NCBI GenBank assembly: GCA_963783305.1
Contig: CAWAMW010000007.1
Location: forward strand, 32,001 to 96,000
Length of the DNA: 64,000 nt
Direction of reading: 5' to 3'
Origin: an uncultured Gemmatimonadales bacterium
Lineage (GTDB): Bacteria; Gemmatimonadota; Gemmatimonadetes; Longimicrobiales; RSA9
This document shows, piece after piece, positions 1-9,751 of this stretch (its first letter is position 1; every line of letters begins with the position of its first letter). The position numbers were made by a program, and so were the translations under genes. Below the pieces are notes generated by a model. That model had not been told where the DNA came from. It worked only from the letters and a program-made list of their open reading frames with translations, and did not search any database.

Positions 1-427
1 AGCTGCCGCCCCCGTCCCGGCTCCGGTAGACCCCGTCGCCCCAGCCCACGTGCCGGCCGCTCACATTCTCGCCCGTGCCCACCCACACCACCTCCGGGTT
101 CGTCGGGTCGATGGCCACCACGCCGATGGAGTACGACGGCTGCTGGTCGAAGACGGGGTCGAACGTGACGCCGGCGTTCGTCGTCTTCCACAGGCCGCCC
201 GACCCGACGGCCACGTACCACGTGCTCGGGTCGGTGGGGTGCACGGCCACGTCCGCGATCCGCCCGCCCATGGCCGCCGGGCCAATGCCGCGGAGCTGGA
301 GCGCGGCCGCCGCCGTGGCCTCGGGCGAGACCTCCTGGGCGGCGGCCGGGGCCGGGATCGTGAGCGTGAAGAGCGCCGTGATGGCGCACGCGAGGGCAGT
401 GAAAGTCAGGCGCGACCGAGCGGACAT
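1..427 (-). CDS. Secreted BNR/Asp-box (VPS10/sortilin-like) beta-propeller glycosyl hydrolase-like protein, N-terminal part (runs off the window start)
   Basis: Not in the ORF track; my translation reads MSARSRLTFTALACAITALFTLTIPAPAAAQ (signal peptide) ... LRGIGPAAMGGRIADVAV ... GGLWKTTNAGVTF ... GDGVYRSRDGGGS (Asp-box repeats); GAGGA RBS upstream. Confidence 0.85.
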   Translation of the reverse strand, partial: MSARSRLTFTALACAITALFTLTIPAPAAAQEVSPEATAAAALQLRGIGPAAMGGRIADVAVHPTDPSTWYVAVGSGGLWKTTNAGVTFDPVFDQQPSYSIGVVAIDPTNPEVVWVGTGENVSGRHVGWGDGVYRSRDGGGS

Positions 428-631
428 GGCGTCATCCTCGAGTGGAATCCGTGCGTGGAGCACGGCCAAGATGGGGGGCGGGGGCCGTGATGGCGAGTGG
501 GGATCGGCGGCCAGAGGCGTATCAGCGCCAGGCCGCATCAGGACTCCGGTCGAAACCGCCTCTGGCGGTGTGCCGTACGGCGGCCGAGACTTGAGCTGGA
601 GTCTGAATCGGATCCGAATCGCGCTACTGCC

Positions 632-1711
632 ATGAATAGAACCCCGTGCGTCCTCATCCTCGTCGTTCTCCTGAGCCTGGCGGCGATACCTGCCCCGGCA
701 CAACAGGCAACGGCTGCATCGCGGCTCGCCCTCGAGCCGGACCAGGCCCGGGCCACGCTGGCGATCCTGGCCGCGCGCGCCGCCGGCCAACCTGTCCCCG
801 ACTCGCTCTGGACCCGACTCCACGCGACCGAAGGCTACCGGCGGGTCATGGAGCGGGAGCGGGGGATGGACGCGCGGTTCGGACTGGATCGCGGGATCGA
901 CGATGCGTCCTTCCGCGAGTGGGCGAAGTCCGATGCCGCGCTCGACGGGCTGGAGGACCGCGGTGCGGCCCTCACCGCCTGGGAGGCCGTGGACCCGGGA
1001 CGCGCTGCGGTCCGCGCCCTCGCCTACCTCCCACCGGGAACGCGGCTGCACGGGACCATCTACCCGATCGTCCGGGAGCAGACCAACAGCTTCATCTGGG
1101 ACCTGGGGACCGATAATCCGGCCATCTTCATGTACGTCGAGCCGGGCAAAGGCGCCGCGGAGCTCGAGCACATCCTCGCCCACGAACTCCATCACATCGG
1201 CTCGGCCGTCGCGTGCGCCGATTCACCGACTCCACAGGCCGGTGAGGGCCCTGCCTCCGCGGCCGCCAGGCGCTGGCTCGGGGGCTTCGGGGAGGGGGTG
1301 GCGGTGCTGGCCGCTGCGGGCGGGCCGGATGGCGATTCGCACCCCTACGACCCGCCGGAGATACGCGCCGCGTGGGCGGCCCGCCTCGACAGTGTGGATC
1401 ACGACATGGCCGAGATCGAGGACTTCTTTACGGGCCTTCTGGATGGCCGCCTCTCCGGCGACGAGGCCGGCCGCAGCGGCATGACGTTCCTCAACCGACC
1501 CGGGTCGCCGCAGGGGCCCTTCTATACGGTGGGCTGGCACATGGCCGCCGCGGTGGAGCGGGAGCGGGGACGGGATGCGGTGATCGCCGCCGTATGCGAC
1601 CCGGCCCGACTACTCCTGGATTACCAGGAGGCCGCCAGCCAGGGCGAGCTGCCGACGTGGTCGGACGCGTTCATCGAGCGGATCCGGCTCCTCGGCAGCG
1701 GCCCGAACTGA
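632..1711 (+). CDS. Secreted putative Zn-dependent protease (DUF5700-like, HExxH)
   Basis: Signal peptide MNRTPCVLILVVLLSLAAIPAPA; AHELHH motif, downstream EGVA and GPFYTVGW. Confidence 0.7.
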   Translation: MNRTPCVLILVVLLSLAAIPAPAQQATAASRLALEPDQARATLAILAARAAGQPVPDSLWTRLHATEGYRRVMERERGMDARFGLDRGIDDASFREWAKSDAALDGLEDRGAALTAWEAVDPGRAAVRALAYLPPGTRLHGTIYPIVREQTNSFIWDLGTDNPAIFMYVEPGKGAAELEHILAHELHHIGSAVACADSPTPQAGEGPASAAARRWLGGFGEGVAVLAAAGGPDGDSHPYDPPEIRAAWAARLDSVDHDMAEIEDFFTGLLDGRLSGDEAGRSGMTFLNRPGSPQGPFYTVGWHMAAAVERERGRDAVIAAVCDPARLLLDYQEAASQGELPTWSDAFIERIRLLGSGPN

Positions 1712-1879
1712 ACGCGCCTCTGAGGGGTCCGACATGCTCGGGCCCGGGGGAAACCGCAGGAATCGTCTGATCCCGTACAGCGGACGGCGTGAACGCCCGG
1801 CGTTTGCGCGCCGCCGCGCTCGGCGTGAAATTGGTCCCTGCCCCTCCCACCACCTGACACGCCCTACCGGGAGTCCCCG

Positions 1880-3835
1880 ATGAGAGGTCCTGTCCGCTGC
1901 CGCAGGCTCGCCGCCGCGGCGCTCGTCTTCGCCGCCACCCTCACCGCCGGTTCGGCGTCGGGGCAGGGGGCAGACAGCGCCCTCGTCGCCCGCCGCCACG
2001 CCCTCGAGGCGGAGCTCCAGTCCATCGCGGTGGTGGAGCGGAAGCTCATGATCCCCATGCGCGATGGCGTGCGCCTGGCCACGGACGTCTACCGGCCCCG
2101 GAACGCCGCCGGGCCGGTGCCGACCGTCTTCGTCCGCACGCCCTACAACTTCAACTACTGGGACGTGCGGAACGGCGCGCCCCGGGACATGGGCGCGGCG
2201 CTGGACGCGGTACGGCGCGGCTACGCGTACGTGGCCCAGAACGAGCGCGGTCACTTCTTCTCCGAGGGGAGCTGGGACATCCTCGGTCCGCCCACCACGG
2301 ATGGCGACGACGCGCTGACCTGGATCGCGGCGCAGCCGTGGTCCAACGGCAAGGTCGGGCTCACCGGGTGCTCGTCCACCGCGGAGTGGCAGATGGCCGT
2401 GGCGTCCCGCGGCCACCCCGCCCTCGCGGCGCTGAACCCCCAGGGATTCGGCGCCGGTGTGGGCCGGGTCGGCGGCTGGTACGAGCAGGGGAACTGGTAC
2501 CGCGGCGGCGCGGTGCAGATGCTGTTCATCGCCTGGCTCTACGGCGAGCAGAACCAGGTGCGCCCAATGTTCCCCGCGAACACCTCGCGCGAGGAGCTGC
2601 TGCGGGTCTCGAAGTCGTTCGACCTGGCGCAGCGGCTCCCGCCCGTGGACTGGTCCCACGCCCTCGCGCACCTGCCCGTCCAGGACATCCTGGCCGCCGT
2701 GGACGGCCCCCGCGGCATCTTTGCCGACTCCATGCCCGTCGCCACCGGCGGCCGCATGATCCAGCGCACGCCGAACGACCCGGCGTGGTACCGGGGCGGC
2801 CTCTACCACGACGACATGCCATTCGACGTGCCCGCGCTCTGGATGATGTCCTGGTACGACGTGTCGGTGGGCCCCAACCTGGCCATGTTCGAGCACGCGC
2901 GATCCGTAGCGTCGCCGGACGTGGCCGAAGGGCAGTACGCGGTGATCGCCCCCACCCTCCACTGCGGCTACCGCCGCGCCACCGAGGAGACGGTGGTGGG
3001 GGAGCGCAGCATGGGCGACGCACGGCTCGACTACGAGGCGCTCCTCTGGGGATGGTTCGACCTCCTGCTGAAGGGCGAGCATAACGCCGTCATGGACACG
3101 CTCCCGAGGGTCCAGTACTTCACCATGGGCGCCAACCGCTGGCAGAGCTCCGACACCTGGCCGCCAGAGGGCGCCGAGCCCAGGACCCTCCACCTCGTCA
3201 GCTCCGGCCGAGCCGGGACCTCCATGGACGACGGACAACTCGTCGCCGACCCGCCCGCCCGCGACCGCCCGGACCGCTTCACCTACGACCCCATGAGCCC
3301 CGTCCCCTCCCACGGCGGGAACGTCTGCTGCACCGGGAACGCCGTGCGGGGCGGCGCGCTGGACCAGAGCGAGATGGAGGAGCGGCCCGACATCCTGGTC
3401 TACAGCACCGATCCGCTGTCGGAAGGCGTGGAGGTGAGCGGCCCGGTGGAGGTGGTGCTCTACGTCTCGTCCGACGCGCGGGACACCGACTTCACCGTGA
3501 AGCTCATCGACGTCCACCCCGATGGGCGGGCGTACAACCTGGACGAGACCATCCAGAGAATGCGCTATCGGGAGGGGTACGACCGGGTCGTGTGGATGGA
3601 GGACAACCAGGTCTACCGGGTCACGCTGGGCCCGCTGAACACCAGCAACTGGTTCGCGCCCGGACACCGCATCCGCATCGAGGTCTCCAGCAGCAACTTC
3701 CCGCGCTTCGATCGAAACCTGAACACCGGCGGGAACAACTACGATGAGACCGAAGGCACCGCGGCGAGGAACGCCGTTCACCATTCGGAGCGGTACCCCT
3801 CGGCCGTGACGCTGACGGTGGTGCCCGGCGGCTGA
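1880..3835 (+). CDS. CocE/NonD family hydrolase (peptidase S15)
   Basis: [33 protein letters not shown] nucleophile region, C-terminal PepX_C-like [19 protein letters not shown]; signal peptide. Confidence 0.93.
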   Translation: MRGPVRCRRLAAAALVFAATLTAGSASGQGADSALVARRHALEAELQSIAVVERKLMIPMRDGVRLATDVYRPRNAAGPVPTVFVRTPYNFNYWDVRNGAPRDMGAALDAVRRGYAYVAQNERGHFFSEGSWDILGPPTTDGDDALTWIAAQPWSNGKVGLTGCSSTAEWQMAVASRGHPALAALNPQGFGAGVGRVGGWYEQGNWYRGGAVQMLFIAWLYGEQNQVRPMFPANTSREELLRVSKSFDLAQRLPPVDWSHALAHLPVQDILAAVDGPRGIFADSMPVATGGRMIQRTPNDPAWYRGGLYHDDMPFDVPALWMMSWYDVSVGPNLAMFEHARSVASPDVAEGQYAVIAPTLHCGYRRATEETVVGERSMGDARLDYEALLWGWFDLLLKGEHNAVMDTLPRVQYFTMGANRWQSSDTWPPEGAEPRTLHLVSSGRAGTSMDDGQLVADPPARDRPDRFTYDPMSPVPSHGGNVCCTGNAVRGGALDQSEMEERPDILVYSTDPLSEGVEVSGPVEVVLYVSSDARDTDFTVKLIDVHPDGRAYNLDETIQRMRYREGYDRVVWMEDNQVYRVTLGPLNTSNWFAPGHRIRIEVSSSNFPRFDRNLNTGGNNYDETEGTAARNAVHHSERYPSAVTLTVVPGG

Positions 3836-3927
3836 CGGCACCAATGGTGTTCCAGGATTCCGTGCCGTAGCCCTCGTGGGGGCGCCGTTCGTGTTCACGA
3901 CCCCCTTTTCCGATCCGGAGGACACCA

Positions 3928-4371
3928 ATGAACGCGCGATCGGCCAGGGCCACCTCAGGACTGGCAGCCGCACCGCTGGCTCTGATGATCGCTGGATGCG
4001 CCGGCGGGAACGACGTTTCCTCGACGCCGGACAGCTGGCTGGTGCATGAGGTCACGGTGGTCATGGATGGGACGCAGTTCAGCATAACGTCCGAGCTCCG
4101 GAACACGGGCGATGCCCCGGTGGAGCTCGAGGCTCGGGCCTGCTTCCTCCAATCCTCGGACCTGCGGGGCGAGACCGGAGGGGTCGAGATCTACGAACCC
4201 CTGATTCAGTGCGCGGCGGACACCATGATGCTGACGCTCGCGCCCGGCGAGTCGAGCGAGCCCTTGGTGATGGAGGGTCGGGTGGTTTCCGGCGGCAGCC
4301 AGGCCGTGGAGCTGCGCCACGCTCTGGATCCTGAAATCTGGTCCCCACTGAGCCTGGGTGGAGACGGATAA
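3928..4371 (+). CDS. Hypothetical lipoprotein
   Basis: GGAGG RBS; lipobox-like MIAGC; beta-rich mature part. Confidence 0.65.
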   Translation: MNARSARATSGLAAAPLALMIAGCAGGNDVSSTPDSWLVHEVTVVMDGTQFSITSELRNTGDAPVELEARACFLQSSDLRGETGGVEIYEPLIQCAADTMMLTLAPGESSEPLVMEGRVVSGGSQAVELRHALDPEIWSPLSLGGDG

Positions 4372-4511
4372 CCAGGGTCGGCGCCCTGATTCGTGCGCCC
4401 CCGGTGCGCGCGGATTGGAGACATGGTACGCCCGTCGGCGACGACAACGCTGCTCCATCCTCCACCGTTGTGATAGGTTCCGGAACAGCCCCGCCTCAGC
4501 ACCCAAATGCC

Positions 4512-6788
4512 ATGGTTGATATGACCAGGACCCTGCTGGTTCTTTACGCCACGCTGGTGACCACGCTGGCGCTCGGATGCGCTGCGCCGACCTCCGACCC
4601 CGGTGGCGGCCCGCCGTCTCCCGCGCCTGCCGTCGCCGAAACCGGCGCCTCCCCTGACTCGACGGCGATCGAGCTCGGGACGGCCTCCGCTGCGACCGTC
4701 CTGGAGGCGCCGTCGGCGCCGCCATCGCTGCTGGACGAGGGCGACCCGGCGTCGCTGCGGACGGCGGTCGCCAGCAGCCTCGACTTCCTGGCCGCGCTTC
4801 CGGGCGACTCACTGCTCGAGTTCGGCGTGCGCACCGTTCCGGCGAAGCGCCTGCGTGCGGGGCTGTCAGCCCTCTACGATTTCCTGGGCACGGACCCCGA
4901 TCCCCAGGCGCTCGCGGACTGGATCGCGGCGCGGTTCGACGTGGTCGAGTCGGTCGGAAACACGGAGGGCGAAGTGCTGTTCACCGGCTATTACGAGCCG
5001 GTAGTCCCCGGCTGCCGACAGCGGACCGAGCGGTGCATGGTCCCGGTCTACGGACCGCCGGCCGACCTCGTCCGGATCCCCATCGGGGCGTTCGGCCCCG
5101 ACCTGCCGGACCGCCGCCTCACGGGCCGGGTCACGGACGCGGGCGTGGTGGTGCCGTACTACACGCGGCGCGAGATCCGCGAGCAGGAGGTCCTGGCCGA
5201 TCGCGGGCTCGAAATCGCATGGGTCGAGGACCGGGTCGACCTGTTCTTCGTGGAGGTCCAGGGCAGCGGCGCGATCCGGTTCCCGGACGGCAGCGAGCTG
5301 GGGATCGGCGTCGGCGCGAGCAATGGCCGCCCGTACCGGAGCATCGGGCGTTTCCTGATCGACGAAGGGCTGGTGCCCGCCGAGGAAATGTCCATGCAGG
5401 CGATCCGGCGGTATCTGGCCGCGTACCCGGAGGAGGTCCCGCGGGTCCTCAACCACAACGAGTCGTTCATTTTCTTCCGCACCCGGGATACGCCGCCGAT
5501 CGGATCCCTCGGCCAGCCGGTCACTCCGGTGCGAAGCATCGCCACCGACTACCGGATTTTCCCTCGCGGCGCGCTCACGTTCATCGACACCCGCCGGCCC
5601 ACGGTCGATTCGGACGGGCGCGTGGTGGATGGCGAGCCGCTCCGGCGGTTCATGCTGAACCAGGACACCGGCGGCGCGATCCGCGGGCCCGGCCGGGTGG
5701 ACGTCTTCTGGGGAAGGGGCGATGACGCCGCCGAAACCGCCGGCCGGATGCAGCAGACCGGTCGGCTCTTCTTCCTGGTCCCCCGGTCGGACGCCTTCGA
5801 CGGGGCCGCCGCGGACGCGGTGAGGCCGGGGCCGGGGGCTGCCGGAAGGGCCGGCCCACTCCGGGTCGTCGTCATGAGTGACCTGAACTCCGCCTACGGC
5901 TCGACCCGCTACGAACCCGAAGTCCACATGGCCGTCCGCAGGACCGTCGAACAATGGCGCCCCGGCCTTGTGCTCATCGCGGGGGACATGGTGGCCGGGC
6001 AGAAGCCGTCGTTGTCGGACGAGCGGGTGCGCGCCATGTGGGCAGCGTTCGACTCGGCCGTCACGGAGCCGCTCCGCCGGGCGGGCATCCCGTTCGCCTT
6101 CACGGTCGGTAACCACGACGCCTCGGGACACCCCGCCCACGAACGAGACCGGCGGGAGGCGGCGCGGCACTGGCAGCCGTCCGACCTGGGGGTCCAAGTC
6201 CTGGAGGGCGGCCGCTTCCCGTTCTACTACGCCTTCACGCAGGGGGACGTCTTCTTCCTCGTCCTCGACGCCAGCACTGGAGCCGTTGCGGCAGACTCGG
6301 CGCAGATGGCGTGGGTGCGGCGCACCCTGGCCAGCGAGCCGGCGCGGTCGGCGGGGATGCGCGTCTCGATGGGCCACGTTCCCCTCTACCCGGTGGCCCG
6401 GGGCCGCGACCGGCCGGGTGAGGTTCAGGCGCAGGCGGATTCGGTCCGCCATGTCCTGGAGCGCGGCGACGTCCGGGTCCACGTCTCCGGGCACCACCAC
6501 GCCTATTTCCCTGGCCGCCGGGGAGACCTGGAACTGCTGCACGCGGGCGCGCTGGGCCAGGGCGCCCGGCCGCTGCTGGCCGAGGGGGCGGGCGAGCCGA
6601 TCCAGACGGTTACGGTACTGGAGCTGTTCCCGGCGGAGGACCGGTGGGCGGAGCGCACCTACCGGGTCGGCGGCGCTATGGTCGGGCCGGTGGATCCGTG
6701 CGGCCTGCCCGCCCAGGTGGGCCCTTCCCGTGATCGCCTCGACCGGGTCCAGCGAGTTCTTTTCAGGGTCCGTTGCCAGCAGCGGTAG
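4512..6788 (+). CDS. mltA: MltA lytic murein transglycosylase (MltA + 3D domain) fused to a C-terminal calcineurin-like metallophosphoesterase; lipoprotein
   Basis: Lipobox LALGC; FTGYYEP, FFVEVQGSG, NGRPYRSIG, QDTGGAIRGPGRVDVFWG (MltA); then SDLN, AGDMV, GNHD, GHVP, SGHHH (metallophosphoesterase); start could be 4512 or 4521. Confidence 0.85.
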   Translation: MVDMTRTLLVLYATLVTTLALGCAAPTSDPGGGPPSPAPAVAETGASPDSTAIELGTASAATVLEAPSAPPSLLDEGDPASLRTAVASSLDFLAALPGDSLLEFGVRTVPAKRLRAGLSALYDFLGTDPDPQALADWIAARFDVVESVGNTEGEVLFTGYYEPVVPGCRQRTERCMVPVYGPPADLVRIPIGAFGPDLPDRRLTGRVTDAGVVVPYYTRREIREQEVLADRGLEIAWVEDRVDLFFVEVQGSGAIRFPDGSELGIGVGASNGRPYRSIGRFLIDEGLVPAEEMSMQAIRRYLAAYPEEVPRVLNHNESFIFFRTRDTPPIGSLGQPVTPVRSIATDYRIFPRGALTFIDTRRPTVDSDGRVVDGEPLRRFMLNQDTGGAIRGPGRVDVFWGRGDDAAETAGRMQQTGRLFFLVPRSDAFDGAAADAVRPGPGAAGRAGPLRVVVMSDLNSAYGSTRYEPEVHMAVRRTVEQWRPGLVLIAGDMVAGQKPSLSDERVRAMWAAFDSAVTEPLRRAGIPFAFTVGNHDASGHPAHERDRREAARHWQPSDLGVQVLEGGRFPFYYAFTQGDVFFLVLDASTGAVAADSAQMAWVRRTLASEPARSAGMRVSMGHVPLYPVARGRDRPGEVQAQADSVRHVLERGDVRVHVSGHHHAYFPGRRGDLELLHAGALGQGARPLLAEGAGEPIQTVTVLELFPAEDRWAERTYRVGGAMVGPVDPCGLPAQVGPSRDRLDRVQRVLFRVRCQQR

Positions 6789-6843
6789 GTCTGCCTCACG
6801 GAGGCAGCGGAACGATGTCGTCTCGAACCATGGAGCCCGGGTA

Positions 6844-6992
6844 AGCGGCGGCGGAGAGGTGCCGGCTTCGGAGGACGGCGAGCCGGTGCAGATCGGCGCC
6901 GGGGACCACCCCCCCCCCGAGGTGGCCACGTTCACAGGGAGCGCCACGGTCCGCTGCGGCGGAAGCCGGGACCTCCCGTCTTGCCCGCCGCT
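6844..6992. ncRNA. Candidate structured RNA (long irregular hairpin, 6S RNA-like size and shape)
   Basis: AGCGGCGG 6844-6851 pairs with CCGCCGCT 6985-6992; GAGGT/ACCTC and CCGGCTTC/GAAGCCGG form the closing stem; inner GGCGC/GCGCC and CCACC/GGTGG stems; intergenic. Confidence 0.4.
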
Positions 6993-7118
6993 CGTTCTGC
7001 CGTGAAGTTGGAGCGGCGTCGCGGTCCCAGGCCCATACCGGATGTGCGAATTCAGGTGTGAGTCCAGCGGCGGCACAGCTAGCTGGTCGCCCCTGAAGGC
7101 CAAGGGGTGACGTCACCT

Positions 7119-7202
7119 GGAGGGCTAGTCCTAATTGGTAAGGCAGCGGTCTTGAAAACCGCCGGGCGAAAGCCCATCGGGGTTCGAATCCCCGGCCCTC
7201 CG
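7119..7202 (+). tRNA. tRNA-Ser(TGA)
   Basis: Acceptor stem GGAGGGC/GCCCTCC, anticodon arm GCGGT-CTTGAAA-ACCGC, long variable arm GGGC-GAAA-GCCC, GGTTCGAATCC T-arm, G discriminator; CCA not encoded. Confidence 0.96.
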
Positions 7203-7270
7203 CTTTCCAGTAACGGCGCGGGTTTTCGGCTTTTCGCCGGTGGTCCGCGCCCCTGGCAACTTCTTGGAGC

Positions 7271-7292
7271 TTGGTCACCGATTTGGTCACCG
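7271..7292 (+). repeat. Direct repeat TTGGTCACCG x2 (12-bp period) downstream of the tRNA
   Basis: ttggtcaccg-at-ttggtcaccg read directly. Confidence 0.8.
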
Positions 7293-7389
7293 GAGCTCTC
7301 CACGCCAGCTTTCTCCTGCCCTGCCAGTCCGTCGAATCGCGTTGGCCCGCGTGCCACTTCATACTGGAACGACGGCATTAGAGGTGGAG

Positions 7390-7449
7390 TCGAGGGAGGT
7401 CGCGGCGCTGATCCCATTCGACGACGACGAGGTGCTGGCTGAGTTCTAG
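7390..7449 (+). pseudogene. Possible remnant of a chemoreceptor (MCP) C-terminus
   Basis: Reads ...EVAALIPFDDDEVLAEF*, resembling the acidic Phe-ended tails of MCPs; no gene body upstream. Confidence 0.35.
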
Positions 7450-7570
7450 CGGTACCTGAACGACGGCGGCCGTCGGCAGCCCACGGGCCCGGCGGCCGTC
7501 GTCATCCATCCATACCCGCTTGCTCGCCAGACCCCGAACGCCCCGTCCTGTGATCGTGATTCGCGTGGAT

Positions 7571-8914
7571 TCAGCGGGCCCTTGGAGTCGCCCCCACCTT
7601 CCCTCCCAACCACGTCCCCACCTCCGAGTCGTACCGGAAGTGAATCCCCAGGTACAGTCGTGAGAGCGAGCACTCGACGGCCGCGTCGTTGAAGCTGTCG
7701 AACGCGCGCGTCGCCGGGTCCATGCGCATCTTGCCGGAGAACGGCCCGGCGGAGTCGACGAGAGGGATGGTCATTTCGAACGGGCGGTCCTCGCCAAAGA
7801 CGTCCCCGAGCACGACGGCCGCCGCGGCGCACGCGGTGCCGTGGGCGGACGGATACGATGGGAACGCGTACGTGTGGTCGTGCAGGTTGGTCCACGCGCT
7901 GTCGGGCTCGGTGCCCGGGTTGCCGTCGTGGGCGGCCCAGCGGATGGCGGTGTACGGGCGCCAGTGATTGTAGTGGAATTTGGCGTCGAAGACCGCCACA
8001 TAGCCATCGAAGACGACGGCATTGAGCAGCGCGAACAGGCGCGCGGCCTGCCACGCGTCCAGCTCATCGGCCGTCGCCAGTTCGCGCGCCAGTCGGTTGT
8101 GTGAGCTCTCGACGAACTCCTTCCACCACATGGCCAGGTGTGTCTGGTCGGCCGTCCGCGTCGCGCTCTCCCGGGCGCCGACCCTTTTCACTTCGTCGAA
8201 TGCGCGCCTATAGGCGTCACTGTCGATGGCGGGCGGCGGTCCCGGTCGGAACTGGCTGGCGCTGTCGAGCAGGAACGGCCGCGCCTTCGCCCAGCCCGCG
8301 CCGAACACGAAGCCCTCGGGCGTGCCGCTGTGCGCATTGAACGCGGCATAGACGCCCGGCCCCATGGGATGCCATACGTACTCCGCCTCGCCCGCCCAGC
8401 CGTCGTCTTCCCTCCCGATCAGAATCGCGGCGGCGGCGCGCTCGCCCAGGGCGCGGGCGACCGTGTCGGCGGCGTCGCTCCAGCGCGCTCGCTCCGCGTC
8501 CCATGTGGCCAGTCGGTCCGGGTACTGGGACACGACGACGGCGTACGCCGCTTCGTTCGCGGCGGCCACCGGATGCACTCCCTGCGCGCCGTCGAGGGCC
8601 GTCTGGAGCGCGAACGGCGCGAAGCGCGGGTCGATGGCGTTGAGCGCGTCGTGCATGGCCATGTGCGCCATGGTCGCCGTTCGCACGCCCTTGAGCGTGA
8701 GGAACCCGTCTTCCTCTTCGGCCGCGCCAAGGATGCGTTCGTTCCAGGAGACGACGACATCGCCGGACGCGCGCGCATCCGCGTGGTCGCTTCCAGGGCC
8801 GGGCTCGACTCCGGGATTTGCGCAGCCGGCGAACGCGGCGAAAGCGAGAACGAGGAGTGGGCCGGCCGCGGCGGCGCGGACCAGCATCGACAGACGCGAG
8901 CGAACGACAACCAT
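7571..8914 (-). CDS. Vanadium-dependent haloperoxidase / PAP2-superfamily lipoprotein
   Basis: KFHYNHWRP, YPSAH, SRLYLGIHFRYD active-site motifs; AMHDALNAI; RTADQT...W; lipobox FAGC; GGAGG RBS. Confidence 0.88.
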   Translation of the reverse strand: MVVVRSRLSMLVRAAAAGPLLVLAFAAFAGCANPGVEPGPGSDHADARASGDVVVSWNERILGAAEEEDGFLTLKGVRTATMAHMAMHDALNAIDPRFAPFALQTALDGAQGVHPVAAANEAAYAVVVSQYPDRLATWDAERARWSDAADTVARALGERAAAAILIGREDDGWAGEAEYVWHPMGPGVYAAFNAHSGTPEGFVFGAGWAKARPFLLDSASQFRPGPPPAIDSDAYRRAFDEVKRVGARESATRTADQTHLAMWWKEFVESSHNRLARELATADELDAWQAARLFALLNAVVFDGYVAVFDAKFHYNHWRPYTAIRWAAHDGNPGTEPDSAWTNLHDHTYAFPSYPSAHGTACAAAAVVLGDVFGEDRPFEMTIPLVDSAGPFSGKMRMDPATRAFDSFNDAAVECSLSRLYLGIHFRYDSEVGTWLGGKVGATPRAR

Positions 8915-8971
8915 GATGACGCCTCCGGTAGGGGTACTCGGAGACGCTAGGGCGGGTGCGCGACGTTTGCT

Positions 8972-8993
8972 ACTACAAAAAATGTAGTTGACA
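8972..8993 (+). promoter_or_regulatory. Palindromic operator ACTACA-N5-TGTAGT overlapping a TTGACA -35 box
   Basis: Perfect inverted repeat 8972-8988 in an AT-rich patch between divergent genes; TTGACA at 8988-8993. Confidence 0.7.
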
Positions 8994-9022
8994 GTCGACG
9001 CTATCGGACGAACCGTGGGGGC

Positions 9023-9751
9023 ATGTCGAACGGATACGGGCAGTACTGTCCTCTGTCGCTCGCGAGCGAACTGCTGTGTCGGCGCTGGTCGCTGCTGGTG
9101 GTCAGCCGCGTGATGCTGGGCTGCACGCGCTTCAACGCGATCCATCGCGGGCTGCCGCAGATGTCTCCCACCCTGCTCAGCCGGCGGCTGGACGAGCTGG
9201 TTGGCGCGGGCGTGCTGACGGCCACGCAGTCGTCGCGTGGAGACTGGCGCGAGTACGGCCTGACGGACGCGGGCGCGGAACTCGGGCCGCTGGTCGAGGC
9301 CATGGCTACGTGGGGTCAGCGCTGGGCACGCGAGATGGAGCTGGACGACCTCGACCCGGCGTTCCTCGTGTGGAGCATGCACACGCGCGTGGCTGTGGAC
9401 GCGCTGCCCGCGGGCCGTACGGTCATCGCGTTCCTCTTCTCGGCCGCGCCGCCCGACTGTCGTCGCTTCTGGCTGGTGTGCGAAGAGGGCGAGGTAGAGA
9501 TGTGCCTGAAGGACCCGGGCCACCACGTGGATGTGCGCGTGCGCGCGGACCTGCGCGTATTCATTGAGACGTGGCGCGGCTTCCGCGATCTGCGCTGCGA
9601 GATCCGCGCGGGCCGCATCCAGCTCATTGGCGCGCGCTCTCTCCGCGAAGACTTCCCCACCTGGTTCCTGCTGCATTCGCACGCTCACGTCGAACGCATG
9701 CGACCCGGTCGCGAGCGGCGGCTATCGCGCGTAACGGGGCCGCGCACGTAG
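9023..9751 (+). CDS. HxlR/DUF24-family winged-helix regulator with C-terminal SCP2-like domain
   Basis: YGQYCPLSLASELLCRRWSLL...TRFNAIHRGLPQMSPTLLSRRLDEL...YGLTDAGAELGP...WG; C-terminal MCLKDPG motif. Confidence 0.9.
   Translation: MSNGYGQYCPLSLASELLCRRWSLLVVSRVMLGCTRFNAIHRGLPQMSPTLLSRRLDELVGAGVLTATQSSRGDWREYGLTDAGAELGPLVEAMATWGQRWAREMELDDLDPAFLVWSMHTRVAVDALPAGRTVIAFLFSAAPPDCRRFWLVCEEGEVEMCLKDPGHHVDVRVRADLRVFIETWRGFRDLRCEIRAGRIQLIGARSLREDFPTWFLLHSHAHVERMRPGRERRLSRVTGPRT

Noticed and set aside
1610..3973. Long antisense or alternate-frame ORFs (also 4866-7103, 18237-20060, 33464-35428, 39986-41524, 45295-47202, 49030-50820, 52915-54903)
   Set aside because: They shadow well-supported genes, lack family motifs, and are expected in high-GC DNA with few stop codons
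6850..6980. Cobalamin riboswitch
   Set aside because: Fragments resemble it (AGGTGCC, CCGGTGCA, AGCCGGGACC), but the conserved GGGAA and CCCGCCACTGT elements are missing and the downstream gene is a tRNA
7119..7202. tRNA-Sec or suppressor tRNA
   Set aside because: The anticodon is TGA (reads UCA, Ser), not TCA, and the acceptor stem is a normal 7 bp
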